A stretch of DNA of 64,000 nt from Octopus bimaculoides (lineage: Eukaryota). Positions 50,697 through 64,000 of this stretch are shown here, piece by piece. Where the stretch lies: positions 105,149,639 to 105,213,638 of the forward strand of contig NC_068984.1 in NCBI RefSeq assembly GCF_001194135.2, written 5' to 3'. Below the pieces are notes generated by a model. The model saw only the letters and a list, made by a program, of their open reading frames with translations, made no database searches and was not told the DNA's origin. The position numbers were made by a program, and so were the translations under genes. Position 1 is the first letter of the stretch; every line of letters begins with the position of its first letter.

Positions 50697-51446
50697 CATC
50701 CATCAGTCATTCAGATTATGGAGAGATCCTGTGGGAGAGGAAGAACAACTTCTGAAGAAGTGACTGTGAAGTCCAGCCCTCAGCCTACTACATACATACA
50801 TATATATATAAAGGTGTATTTTTATTAAAATAACTTGTAGAAAACTACTTACAGGGCAATGATTCTCCTAGTAATAATAATTCATTTAAAGCATAGTTAT
50901 TAAAAGCATGTGTATTCCTAATAATAAACACTACACACCTAAATATAATCCTACCAGTACGAATTTTTGCAGTTGACATTTAAATGTCACTATTACTGCA
51001 AATTGAGCAATTAAACTTTTAATAAATATTCATGTGATATTTTGTGACAGCTACAAGAACTTTTAGCTTGTCAATGATTCAATCAGTGGACTTGGTCTTA
51101 ACTCTGTTAAAAACTGTATGGCTCCAAACATAATTCTCCCATCAAATATCAATGGAAGTATATTGAGGAGCTACAGTTACAATTTAAGCCAGACTCTCAA
51201 TACAAATGCTATCTTCAGAAATAGTATCTTTTACATATTTTATAAATGATTTCCATCATTTTATCATGAATAGAGATTACTGAAGCATTTTAAAATGCCA
51301 AGATCTTTTACAGCCCTACTTCTAAAATTAAAACACATTAAGATTCCATGACTAGTGATGTAAACTGCATATTTGTTATATGTATCTATCTATAGATGTG
51401 TGTATAATATATACAAATGTACATATATATATTGACATACAAATAT

Positions 51447-51507
<61 letters not shown>

Positions 51508-51938
51508 TACACATATTGACAGTGACTTCAAAGTTTTGCTCTTAATTGGCCTATCTGACTGTTGAATCTGACAGCCTGATTACACCAACCGTTGGCAAAA
51601 CTACAAAGTTACTGTCAAAAGCAAATTATCAAAAATATCTATGTTTGTTGTGAGTCCCTTAATTAATGATCACACCAGTTTTTATGGTTGTGAAAACATC
51701 CTTCAGATATACGTACACTTTAAGGACTCCATGCAAATGTGTAGTCTATTTTTATTTAAATGAAAAGTTGAATATGACTTTCAAGTTTTGTGACAGAGAC
51801 TCCTCAAAGAGTGGAGTAACAAACCTGGAAGATACAATGTGTTAGATGCAACGTGTGTATGGGGATTGGGTATTATATGGCTGATATATATGTTTACATG
51901 TATACATATATATCTGTGTGTGTATTTGTATATGTATA

Positions 51939-52335
51939 GGCACAGGAGTGACTGTGGTAAGAAGCTTGCTTCCCAACCACATCGTTCTGGGTTCAGTCCC
52001 ACTGCATGGCACCTTGGGCAAGTGTCACCTTCTATAACCACAGGCTGACCAAAACCTTGTGAGTGGAATTGGTAGACGGAAACTGAAAGAAGCCCGTCAT
52101 ATATGTGCATGTGTGTATGTGTGTATTTGTGTGTCTGTGTTTGTCCCTCCACCATTACTTGACAACTGATGTTACTGTGTTTATGTTCCCGTAACTTAGC
52201 AGGTTGGCAAAAGAGACTGATACAATAAGTACTAGGCTTACAAAAAAAATAAACCCTGGGGTCAATTTGTTTGACTAAAGGCAGTGCTCCAGCATGACTG
52301 CAGTCAAATGACTAAAACAAGTAAAAGAATAAAAG
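51939..52335 (+). mobile_element. tRNA-derived octopus-type SINE (long family), full-length copy
   Basis: Collinear with 50166-50524; B-box-like GGTTCAGTCCC; ends GTAAAAGAATAAAAG. Confidence 0.85.
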
Positions 52336-52453
52336 TATATATTTGCAAATGTGCATATATATAAATAAATGTGTGTTTGTTTACATATATGTGTGTATGT
52401 GCATATGTGTATATTTACATGTGTGTGTTTATAAATATGTATATCTGTGTATG

Positions 52454-52497
<44 letters not shown>

Positions 52498-52999
52498 TTT
52501 ATGTATGTTTATAAATGTATATATCTGTGCGTATGTGTGAATTTGCATGTATAGATGTATGTATCCATATATATCTATATGTACATATATTTATATCATA
52601 TTTCATGGCCACTTATGCTGGATGGGTTGTTACAGTTCAAGGTGCTTCTCATTGGGAGATTCTGTTCCAAAGGGCTATATACTCAAACAAATTATTTGGT
52701 TTGTCTTCTACCACTGGATGTTCTTCCTTATACCAAATACTATGCAGAGTAGGTGTGTAGCAGGTCGCCTTGTACACAATAAATGTAAATTTAGAAAGGA
52801 AACTATGATGGTAGAAAGACCAGAAATATGCATTTTAGAGGTGGAAAATGGGGGTGTAAATATAGGTATAGTGAGTACTCTGTAAATTAAAGGGTGTACA
52901 AATGACCAATGACATCAGAATGGGTAGAGGATGGTTGTAATGTTTAACTGTTATTACAAATGTTGACATTTTTTGCCAGTTTCCCATGTAACCATTGCC

Positions 53000-53170
53000 A
53001 CCCAGTTTCTTGTTTGGATAGACTGTGGGGTTATTACCTCACTTAGTAACAGGTGAGGGTTGGTATTAAGAAGGGCATCCAGCCATAGAAATTTATTCCC
53101 TAACATAGTTTCATCTGGCCCATACAAGCATAGAAAACTAGATGTCAACATCAATGATGATGATGATTCA
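53000..53170 (+). mobile_element. RTE 3'-tail fragment ending in (GAT)n
   Basis: GGGTTGGTATTAAGAAGGGCATCCAGCCATAG...CAAGCATAGAAAACTAGATGTCAACATCAATGATGATGATGAT. Confidence 0.65.
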
Positions 53171-53336
53171 TGTACATGTGGGTGTTTGTGTGTGTATATA
53201 TATATATATATATCATATATACACACATGCGCACATGTGTTAATAATGAAGAAATAAGAATGAATGCTCAACACTGCACTGATGGATAAATATTATTTAT
53301 TTGTGGGTTAACCAGACTAACACTACCCACAAATAA

Positions 53337-53367
<31 letters not shown>

Positions 53368-54793
53368 AAAGAACAACAGAAAACAAAATCAGTGATATTT
53401 CAAAATATTCATTCCTCTTATAGCTGTTTTAATAACACATATGTTGCATCATAATAATAGTCATATAATTATATGATTATAATGTAACTATATAGAACAT
53501 AAGAATCGCATTATCAAGAATTTTTAAAACATAATTTACAAACTTCAAAGCATCTCTTAAAATAGGTTAGAGAATCAAGAACAGAAGTGCAAAAGAAACT
53601 CAGAATAGAGGGGGGGGGTGGAAGCAGGAAGAAATAAAATATAAGAGGTAAAAAAATAAAATAGAATAAAAATAATAAAGCAATAGTAATAATGCCAGAA
53701 AATGAGGAAATAATCAGTAGGAAAGTAGCCTCTGAAATTGGTCTCTAAATGAATAAGGACTATAAATTATTGCAGCCTTCACAATAGTGCCTGACTCTAT
53801 TACTTAAGCTGCATGAATGTCAGTGGGTTTAACTGTATTAAATGTTAAACTTTAAACTGTGCTGAAGTTTAATGTTTATAATAGTTAAACATCCATGTTA
53901 TTTTCTATTTATTTTTTCTAATCTTATTTCATTTCACGGGAGAAAAAGTAATCAGTTCTGTCTGTAAAGGGGCTGGGATTAACAAAGGCATTGAGATATA
54001 GAAACAATGTCAAAACAGAGATATTGGAGCATAACATGTTCTTCCGATTTGCCAAATCCTGGTCAGGCTGTCCAACCAATGCCAGCATGAAATGGTGTAA
54101 AATGATGCTGATGATCATGGTGATATGTATGTGTGTGTTTGTGTGTGTATGCATGTATGTGTATCTGTAAATGTTTTTATATATACACACACACACATTT
54201 GTATCTATGTGTGTGTGTATATATATAAATATGTATGTTTTCCTATATGTTTATGTGTAAGCACATATGCAGTCATGTTCCCTTTTACATACACACACAC
54301 CAACACAAAGTCACACATGTACACACAAATATATATAAAATAGGGATTATGTATATGTAAGTTGTTTTTAATGTATTAATCAATGAGAATAGTGGAGTAA
54401 TTCTTTACTATGCATATTTTTTTTTAAATGGTTGCTTGTATTTTCAAAACATTCCACATTATCTGTTAACAAGAGATTAAAAAAAATGAATCTATGAATT
54501 AGAAAACAAAAAAAAAACCTCAACTGGAAAGAAATTCTTTCAGTTATTATTTTTTTTTTCTGTAATAAAATATATATATTTGTTGCCTTATATATTTTTT
54601 GTAGTTATAAAATATATGTTTGTACTAGCTTCAACTTTGCAAATACATTTAGAAAAGAGAATATTTGAAAATAATTTGCAAGTTTATAATGTACTTGCAA
54701 AAAAAGATTTTTTGATACCAAACTCCGTTTTTATCTTTTTCTTTCTCCCTTTATTTCATATGCTGTATATTTCAAATATCCATCCAAATTTAC

Positions 54794-55138
54794 NNNNNNN
54801 NNNNNNNNNNNNNNNNNNNNNNNNNNNNNNNNNNNNNNNNNNNNNNNNNNNNNNNNNNNNNNNNNNNNNNNNNNNNNNNNNNNNNNNNNNNNNNNNNNNN
54901 NNNNNNNNNNNNNNNNNNNNNNNNNNNNNNNNNNNNNNNNNNNNNNNNNNNNNNNNNNNNNNNNNNNNNNNNNNNNNNNNNNNNNNNNNNNNNNNNNNNN
55001 NNNNNNNNNNNNNNNNNNNNNNNNNNNNNNNNNNNNNNNNNNNNNNNNNNNNNNNNNNNNNNNNNNNNNNNNNNNNNNNNNNNNNNNNNNNNNNNNNNNN
55101 NNNNNNNNNNNNNNNNNNNNNNNNNNNNNNNNNNNNNN
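54794..55138. other. Assembly gap
   Basis: Run of N. Confidence 1.
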
Positions 55139-55184
<46 letters not shown>

Positions 55185-58100
55185 GTTATATATAGTAGAA
55201 TGATGTATAAGAGCCAGTAGCCCTTTATTTCTAATAAGGCATTTCTTGTAGACAAAATTTTTCTAACTAGCAACCATTGGTTATCCAAGAAAAAAAAAAG
55301 AATTTAAAAAGTGCTTTTTATTTCATATTTTATTATAATTTGTTATCTAATTTTTTTTTTCTGTTATTTCTTAAAGAAACCAAGTAATTTGTATATAATA
55401 TTTTCAATATATTGAATTTGTCAGAAAATATATTTACAAGTGAAGATAATTATTTTAGTGCTCTTTCTTTTTCTTCCATTCACATACTCACCTTACAAAA
55501 ATTATTTTGATTGTTGTTAGTAAAACACTAAATTCAAAGGAAATATAACAGCATGATGCCATAAGTCTAATTGTAATTGGTTAAAAAAATTGGTTTCAAT
55601 CATTGGAACTTGACCATGCTTGAGCATCACTTAATAATCTATTACATCACCCCTGGTTCTCTTTTATTGACCTTGGAAGTATAAAGGGCAAATTGGAACT
55701 GGGTGGGATTTGCACCCAAATGTAAAGAGATGTAACCAAACAGTAATAGTTATTTTGTCTGATATATACTAACTTTACATATTTACTGCATAAACAGGTC
55801 CTAGTTAAGATTTCACTGAACACCTAACATTTAGACACTTCATATATATATAATTTATTGATGACTGAACTTGGCAAAATAATTTAATTTACAAAAAGGA
55901 ATTGACAGGGACAAAACGTTGTTGAAAGAAATATGGATTTAAGTTTTCCTGTATTCTATTTTAAACCATTGGAGTAAGTTCAGAACTAAATATAAGATTT
56001 TCTTTTCTTTTCTACAAAGATAATAAAATTAAGGTTATTGAACATATGTTATAAATATTGAAAAATTCTGAAAAATAAAACCAATACAATGGAAGGGCAA
56101 TTAATGTTATTAACTGTAGAAAGATTGTGAAAAATAAGGGTAGTTACATTCATTAAGAGAAACAGTTGATTGATATGATATAAGATTATCATGTATACAT
56201 GTATACAGGACTATTTAAATCTGGATAAAGTACTGAGTCCAAAGGAATTGGGATAAAGTACTGAGTCCAAAGAAATAGTCATGCAAGGCAGGGTTTAAAA
56301 ATTTAGGATATAGAGTAAACCATTTATATAAATACAGTATCTGCTATTTCTTCAAAAGTTTCAAAATCAGTAGGTTCATGTCTTTTGATTTCTCATCAAG
56401 AACTTAGGAAATCTACAAGCCTGTGTTCTTTGCACACAATTCTCTTTGAGAAATTTTCTCTGAGACACCATATTACAGCTTGTACCATTCAACATTTGTG
56501 CATTTATCGGTATTGTCATTTAAAGCTCTTTCAAATGCATCTATTGAATTATTAATTATATTGATTTTTAATACAGTTTATAGTTTAAAATCTGTTTGTT
56601 TTTTTTTTGTATTTTTTTTTTTCAAACAAATCCCATATTTCAGTAAAGTTCTGTCAACATTTCCAAACATTTGCATGTTGCATTTATCATTGCAGTGTAT
56701 TTGTTTAACTTTCTATGAGATTTCAGTGTTTGTTAGTAGTTATTTTAATGCTGGTATTAATCTTGTATCAATCGATTTTTATAAACCTCAGATGCAATAA
56801 CTTCAGAATAAAATTATTGCATTTTGTAAGTATTGAAACTTTTTCCAAATAATTGAAAGAGTTTCAAATAGGGTTAGGTCAATAAAATATTCTCATATTA
56901 AGTGTGCAAATCAATAGGTTAGTGTTTTCTTCATTAATTGAATAAAATATCTGAGTACATTTTTTTTAAAACTAATTTTTTGGTGAACTTCTTATTTTTA
57001 AATATATATTGTACTGTCTACAGATATTACATATTATAAAAAATGCCATAGTCTACCAACAATGTAAAAGGATAATTTAATACAAAGAAACTTTGCTAAT
57101 ATTTCTTCACTTGTAATTTCAAAACTACTTTGGATATTAACAAATATTTCAATTTTAATTTTACTACGTAAGTATTTAAGTTTTCAATAAATAACCTTTT
57201 AAAATAAAATGTATTTTAGTCTTGTATCTGTGTGATAGTTAGTCTAAGTATATTACTATCTTGTCATTGAAAATATTTTTTTTTAGGCAATTAAGAAACT
57301 TTTTATCAATTACACCAAAACCACATTTTTTTTTTTTTGCTTCATTAATTACCAAGTTATATTCATTTAGACTATTTCCTACATATTCTTTTGAGTATTG
57401 ACTGCTAATGGTTGAAGAAGTGTTATTCTTATGAAGTTTTGGAGGACCTGAAATCCCAACAAGGACATTGCTGTAGGTAGGACTACCTCACACTATTTCA
57501 GTCACCTTCAGTAACCAATGCTGTTACTCTACATGCATTAACATTAACTTCCTCTGTGTGTGTCTTAGCTAAACTTAAAATCCTCTAGAGCTTGCACTCT
57601 ACATTTTTCATCAATAACATTCTTTTATACTTTATCTATTATGGACATATTCATCAGAAATAAATGTCAAAGGATTTGGTACTAAAGGTAAAAGGTATCT
57701 CCTAACTTCAAGACTCATTGTGTTTAAGATGACATTTCACAATAAACTTAGATATAACACTAGTACATATGTAGATGGTAATAACAAGCCTATATTGATG
57801 TTGTAGACTATTTCTATTGATTTTTTTTTTATTGCTAAAAAAAATAAAAATTTCATTTTCAGTTATATCATAGTTGGGCTATATCTTAGAAAATTTCATT
57901 AAATAAACTTCACGCAGATGACATCCACCCCTAGCAGTTTTATTTGACCTTTCATTTGATAATCAATTAATGTATTAATTATACAAATAATTGGTCACTC
58001 TTAACTTTTACTTTTAAATGTCTCTCATCTTTAAAGATTTACTCCATTAACTAATAATTTAAAATGTATTTCTAATTCATTAAATACATTTGTTTGATGT

Positions 58101-58269
58101 AAAACAACTTTGAATCCTTAATAACCCTGTTTTGTAAGAAATTGCTAGTTATTAATTTTTTGCACAAATCACATATTCAGTGCAAGTTAATTTATCATCT
58201 CTTTTAATTAGAATTATGGAATTGACAATGCATATAACTTTAGTTATCAATATTATTAAAAGATTTTAA

Positions 58270-58490
58270 GGTGCTGAGTTGAATTGTTAACACATCGGAC
58301 AAAATGCTTAGTGGCATTTCTTCTGACTCTTTACATTCTGAGTTCAAATCCTGACATGGTCAACTTTGCTTTTCATCCTTTCAGAGTTGATAAAATAAAA
58401 TACCTGTCAAGCATGGGGGTCAGTGTACTTGATTTTCCCTTTCCCTCAAAATTGCTGGCCTTGTGCCAAAATTAGAAAGAATTATTACTA
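58270..58490 (+). mobile_element. Short tRNA-derived SINE family
   Basis: GAGTTCAAATCC B-box, GGTCAACTTTGCTTTTCATCC and ATTGCTGGCCTTGTGCCAAAA; same family as 39116-39330. Confidence 0.8.
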
Positions 58491-58789
58491 TATTTTCTTC
58501 AGAAATATTCAACTACATGTCAAAGACATCATCCCTTATTGCTTGCTTCCCCTGTGTCAGATTTATTCTCTGATTTCTATACACACACTTAAGTGACATG
58601 CATAAATACTATCATGTATGAACATATATATTTGTATGTGTATGTATACACATATATGCACATGTGTGTGTGTATAATATAAATAATTGTTCTTCAACTT
58701 TTTTTGTAAAAAAAGGGAATGGTTTATTATGATTAATCTAATGGAAGAAGTAATACCTGTGAGTGGGAAGATTAATAATTTTGTTATTT

Positions 58790-59000
58790 TCACATCTCTC
58801 AATTTCTATCAATATTCTTGATTAAAGTCCTCATCAAAAGAAGACAAAACCATGTGACTGTTTTAATAATACAACTTGGTAATATGTGCATGTGCAGTAT
58901 AATTCTTAGCTTAATTTGTCCAATAATCCATCCATCCAATGAATTTGGCAGTATTATTTCATGTTGCTTCTGTTGTCTTAAGCCCACTGTATCAAAGCTG
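58790..59000 (-). mobile_element. Possible hAT transposase remnant
   Basis: Minus-strand MDYWTN*AKNYTAHAHI...NSHMVLSSFDEDFNQEY**KLRDV resembles the first catalytic-Asp region of hAT transposases (TD.WTS...Y...TAH.I...L.S.VL...F.E.H...I..KL..V). Confidence 0.4.
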
Positions 59001-59199
59001 CTGTTGTACCTTATTATTTATCTTTCTCCTTTTTTTTTTTTTTCGCTAAACTTATTTTACTGTGATGTTTCACTTCAATTATTGTTAATTGCTTGCATTG
59101 TAAAATTAATTGATCCTTTAAAAGTAAAACATTGTGGGTTATTTTGATAATTATACTTGTAGGATTAAATAAGAAATAGATGTTTATTAATGACATCAA

Positions 59200-59760
59200 A
59201 TATTTCTGTACAACTAGTATCTTTATCACTCATTTCTACTCTTTGCTTACCCACACCATGTGCTAACCTGTACACTACCTTCAGGTTTGTTCAGTCCCTC
59301 TCCCACACTGAATTAGCTATTTTCTTCTGCAGAGTATATTCAATTTTTCATTCTCCATGGGTTATTTTTTAATGGTATATCCTGAAATTGATTTTTTTTC
59401 ATCTCCCTAAGCAAGAGAACAACTCCAACTTCTCTAATATCCTGAAAGGTTGTGAGAACTATTTTCAACTGAATCTTCATGTCTTCCTTTTCATTCTCAG
59501 TAATCCAAGTAGCTTTTGCAGAGTTTTGCATAAAACCCTCTCGTTTTTTTCTTACCTTTTCATAAACAAATATATTTCTTTCATTTCAAATTCCAGTCAG
59601 TTATATTGTAACTCCACTATCTTCTGTTAGTCATCACCATTTTCCTTTCAACACATGTTGAGTTGGGCTTTCTTTTCAATCAGCAACACTCTCACTTGAT
59701 TTAGAAGAAGGTTATTCAAACCAAACTTCTCTTTCAATCAGTTGCATCACTATTTCTCAC
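59200..59760 (-). mobile_element. Possible Tigger/pogo (Tc1-mariner) transposase N-terminal remnant
   Basis: Minus-strand RVLLIEKKAQLNMC*KENGDD*QKIV (psq-type HTH-like) followed by EVGVVLLLREMKKNQFQDIPL (CENP-B HTH-like, cf. E.E.ALL.W..Q.R..NIPL). Confidence 0.4.
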
Positions 59761-61309
59761 CAACATTTTCATGTCCTTTGCTTCTAAATCTATTAAGTTT
59801 TTTGGGTTTGTTTTTTTTGCTTCATTCCTGTGTTGTGTCCTCACTTTATATCTTTCCTTTAATGTCCTATTGAATTAGTTGATTACTTCTTTTGCAATAT
59901 TTTATTATTGTTATTATTATACATGTCTCTGCTACATCTTATCACCATTAGCTCATCCATCCAAGGTTGTGTACCAACAATATTTACAATCATTCTTTGT
60001 CACATCCCACAACAACACTGCTTTTATGTCTTATGTTCCTTAATTTTTTTTTTTTGCTTTTTACTAATGTTTTCAGCTCTTCAAAATCAATATGAATCTT
60101 ATAAATACTTGCACAACAAACTCAAATATGCCACTTCAGGCAAGGTGTACATCTCTCTCTCCTTGAAAAAAAAAGTTTATACAATGTGTAAAAATTATTT
60201 TTTGTGTTGATAATAATTATGAAATTATTACGAAATTTGTTTTTTGCATTGTTTTTAATTGTTAAAAATTACTTATTGTTGATGTGCAATATGAAAACTG
60301 TATTAGCTGGATGTGAGAGTCTTCTTCAAGCAGTGGTTGTAAACAATCCAATCTACTAAAAGCTAGCTAACAGCAACATTTTGAAAAAGTGTTTTGAAAA
60401 ATATGCCTATTGTTTCAGTTCATGTTCTCTTTTATTTAAATTATTCTTTGATTATATATTTAATGAATTGAATATTTTTCTATATAAACAGGAATTTGTA
60501 TATATCAGCAGGCTTTATTACATAAACATTTTCTCAGCAATTGATATATATACTCTAACATTTTAAGTCATTTACATGTCATAAATGAAGTAGATTATTT
60601 CACCTTCATCATCTTTCTTATAACTGTCATTTAAAAGGCTCTGGTTGTTGAGTAGAATGAATTTAGATACATGTCTATGTACTTAATTATTTATGGTTAA
60701 AGTAGCTATAAAACCTTAAGCTCAAGTTGTATATCCTGGTATGTTTAATGTAGAGAAAACTGGCCATATTGGTAGAGTATTGACTTCATATTCTGTAATT
60801 GATATTGTCCTGTCTGTGATCAACACATTTAATTCTTACCTGCAAAATAGTTATCATGAGTTGATAAAATATTTCCCGTTGTAAGTAGCAGGATTGCTTT
60901 GTTTTATTAGGTTACTAGTTTGAGTTCTAATTCTGTACACCATCTAAAAGCAATGAAGAAAACAATTCTAATATTCTCTTTTTAAGTAATCCTTAAAGAT
61001 TGAGTCTTTGGGGAGTCTCTTATTGTTGCAGTGAATCATAGGACTCAGCAAACATGTAGCAGATGATGAGATAAAATTTGTATTTATCATTGCCATCATA
61101 AGGTAATTTGTTCTGCAAATTTTAAATGTTTGCATTATTGTTGGTGTGTTGATTTTCACAGCTGGTACCCATCTTAGCTCACAATGAAGTGGTATTGATA
61201 TACTGTTAGGTTTACCAAGGCAACAAGAGCCTGGTGCCTTTACATTTTGTAAGTTTGAATGTGTCAGTTTCCTCTCTTGTCATCTTGTAAATTTTGTCAT
61301 TTATCTACA

Positions 61310-63360
61310 ATCATTATCATCATATGTAGTTCTATGTTTGCATGGGTTGGGTGGTTCTTTCCTGTACATCACTTTCCTATTTGTCAGTCTTTTGAATCTC
61401 CTTAATGAAGTTTAGCAACTTGAGATTAGCTTTTACCTCCTCCCATATCTTCCTATTTTACAGGTTTCTTCCTTTAATTGCCTGGTCCTTGTGTATCCAC
61501 CTGTCATCTGCATCATATGTCCATACTAGTGCAGTCATCTCTCTTACACACTGCAGCTGATTCTTCTTACAGTTTTCTCTCCCAAACTATTTGTGCTCCA
61601 TTGTTTATTCACAATAACATTACACATCCAATAGAACATGTTTGCCCTTTCTTAGCATTCATTCAAATTTCAAGTTTTACTACCATGTAACATCACACTT
61701 TGTACACAACTATCATACAATCTCTCTATATTCCTGGCCTGAGTGATAACTCCCTAGACATTTTTCACCCTGTTCTGTTCTGAGTACTATCCATTAAGAA
61801 CATTCTCCTCCACAGACCATAGGATATGACACTTGTCTGATTATGTGAGTTATGAGAAAACACTCTCCTTCACCAAATACTTTCAACATCTCTGTGATTA
61901 TCCCTGGTGATCCTGCTGCTCTTTTTGTCTCGATATCTTTAACTATACTTTCAGCTTTATAGTGATGAACTTCAATAGTTCTGAGTGGTCTAGTGGTCTA
62001 TTTAAATAAAAAACCTTTTTTCCAATCACCCTTTTTATTTAGTAAGTTCTTATAGCTACATTTCCAAAACTCTTTCTTTTAAGCATCAGTAAGGGCAAGC
62101 ACATTATTGTCATTCTGAACACTCTTTTCCACAACAACTTTAGGATCTGTACTGATACACTGTTTTTCAGTCCACAATACCTCACACCTCTGATCCTCTC
62201 ACGTTTCCTAAAGTTAGTGTAGTACATAATTACATAATTTTCATCACGCAACTCCAATAAGATCTTTGATGTCTCTTCAATCCCTTGTCCTGCATTCATA
62301 GCCTCCATATACACCAAACTGTCCATCATAATGTGACAACATGTCCATTTAAGTCACCAGCTGTGATAACAAGGTCATTGCTATTCTTTATCAAAGTTGC
62401 GTGCAAAATGATGTTTTCTGAAATGGTGCATTGACTTATCTGTCAATTCTGGTTGTGATCATACACATAAAAATGTTGCTTATGACTCTTGTTATTCTGT
62501 CATATATTCTAACCTCAATTACTTTATCCAGTTCTTTGACAATATATCTATTTCATCCATCTCCCCCAGCACTGTTACTCTTCTACAAGAATTTATACCT
62601 ACTGCTCCTTTTCTTTGAAAAGTTGCTGAGGCTTCTCTCTCTACTCTTTGTACATGGCAAACATATTCTCACCTCCGCTCTAGCATTTCTACAATTTCTC
62701 TGAACCTACCTTTCACTACACCAATGTTGAGTGTGACAGCTCTGAATTTTTGCACCTGACAGAAAGAGGAGAGTTTCTGGTGTTGGGTGCCAGCTTGATG
62801 TCTATCTTGTTTGTTTGTTTTTCTTTTTTTTTATCTGAAATGAAGAGAATTGATGCAATTATTTGTTGATGATGATTAAGGTTTTCACACAAGGCCAGAT
62901 ATTTCCACCTGACCATCCAAATATGTGCTGCACTAATATGGTAAGTGTCAGTCTTTTAGATGCAGTTGAGGTTTTTCTTTGTAATTGTAACTATAGAAAC
63001 TTTGGTATGTTTTTATTATTATTTTTCTTTTAATCAGCCTATCCTCCATCACTTTACAATATGGACTGAGAACACTAGAGAGGCAGTCTTTTAGGACTGA
63101 AGTGTAACCTCTACACTGTTTCATTGTTACTGTTCTTCTTGACAGGTGGCCTTCATTGTGACTTGCAAAGTCCACATCTCGTTAGTGCAGTTAGGGTAGT
63201 ACCTTTTTCATAATCTGATGGAGTTAGTTTGCATTACACTCACTACGACTGTGAAGCCATATCTTCTGTGTTGCATGGAGGGGATCCCAAAGTTTATATA
63301 GCACCCCTCACACTCTGAAGGTGTCTATCTCAGGGCATGAGATTCATCTGAGGTTGGTAG
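61310..63360 (-). mobile_element. Internally deleted, degenerate RTE LINE (endonuclease to tail)
   Basis: Minus-strand WTLQVTMKAT (endonuclease start), ILLELRDENYVIMYYTNFRK, KRAAGSPGIITEMLK (RT start), and a (GAT)n-type tail near 61310-61350. Confidence 0.65.
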
Positions 63361-64000
63361 TAATGAGATTGATGCAGTGGTACTAGGTCAAAGAGATGTT
63401 GGCACTGGGTGAGGTGGGGTGAAAATGTTTAGTTTAGATTTTAATATATGAAAAAAAAATAACAGATAAGCATATTACAAAAGATAACTTTTAAGATTAA
63501 TGATAAACTACCATTGACCCAAATGTATCCAAGTGTAAAACACTGAAAATCGCAGATATTTGTCAAAACTACCAAAATTCTTTAAAGTTCTGTACATTTT
63601 TTAAAAGGTATTGCTAAAATATCCAATTTTAAACAGGTATCAATTTTTTCTTAAAACTTTCCATCAAATTAATTATTATTCTAAGCTGTATTTCATATTA
63701 ATTCATTATTAAAGTAACGAAACCTAATCTTATTCACCTGCATCTTTTCTCTTTCTCTCTCTCTCTCGTAGTATATACATAATTGTATCGATAATATGTA
63801 TAATAATAACGACCTCATTGATAAATAGTTGCTTAATTTTTTTCTTCTACACATTTAGAGGTAAGTAAACATTTCATTAATTTCAGGTTTAGAGACATTT
63901 TCTCGTTTGTGTTCAAAGTTATCTTTCCTGTAACTCCTCAGTAGCCTCCCTTCAATGAATTATTTCTAAAATTCTATTTTGCCTTTAACAGGAGAGAACA

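Noticed and set aside
681-55288. Many long ORFs made of HTHT, VCVC, YIYI or X runs in the ORF track
   Set aside because: They are translations of (CA)/(TG)/(TA) microsatellites and N-gaps, which lack stop codons.
56223-56272. 22-bp direct repeat GGATAAAGTACTGAGTCCAAAG with a 28-nt period
   Set aside because: Two-copy slippage duplication with no associated structure.
3633-60950. Scattered minus-strand GTAAGT/GTGAGT donors with short open frames (about 3633, 4756, 5797, 40153, 42682, 45836, 55481, 60840)
   Set aside because: Such hexamers are frequent in AT-rich DNA. Acceptors are mostly poor, no protein is recognisable, and T-skew favours plus-strand transcription.

Overview
AT-rich, microsatellite-dense eukaryotic DNA with five N-gaps. 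The SINE and microsatellite landscape looks like an octopus or other coleoid cephalopod, which is an inference from recalled repeat families rather than a database result. Most of the window is intron or UTR sequence filled with tRNA-derived SINEs, RTE, CR1 and Penelope-like retroelement fossils, and a few DNA-transposon fossils. The only host coding sequence I can support is two plus-strand exons about 30 kb apart (17683-18056 and 48009-48226). Each begins in phase 1 after a strong splice acceptor and encodes the last beta-strand of a proprotein-convertase (furin/PC1/PACE4-type) P domain (W-V-L-V-x-x-G-T-x-x-H-P), followed by an unrelated C-terminal tail. I found no catalytic-domain exons between them. 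The simplest reading is one convertase gene with duplicated, alternative last exons: a soluble Ser/Thr-rich tail versus a short hydrophobic, possibly GPI- or TM-anchored tail. Other points of note are a perfect 109-bp-arm palindrome next to a gap, several smaller hairpins, and some weak splice-signal candidates. Almost all ORFs in the supplied track are microsatellite or transposon artefacts. Transposon boundaries are approximate.
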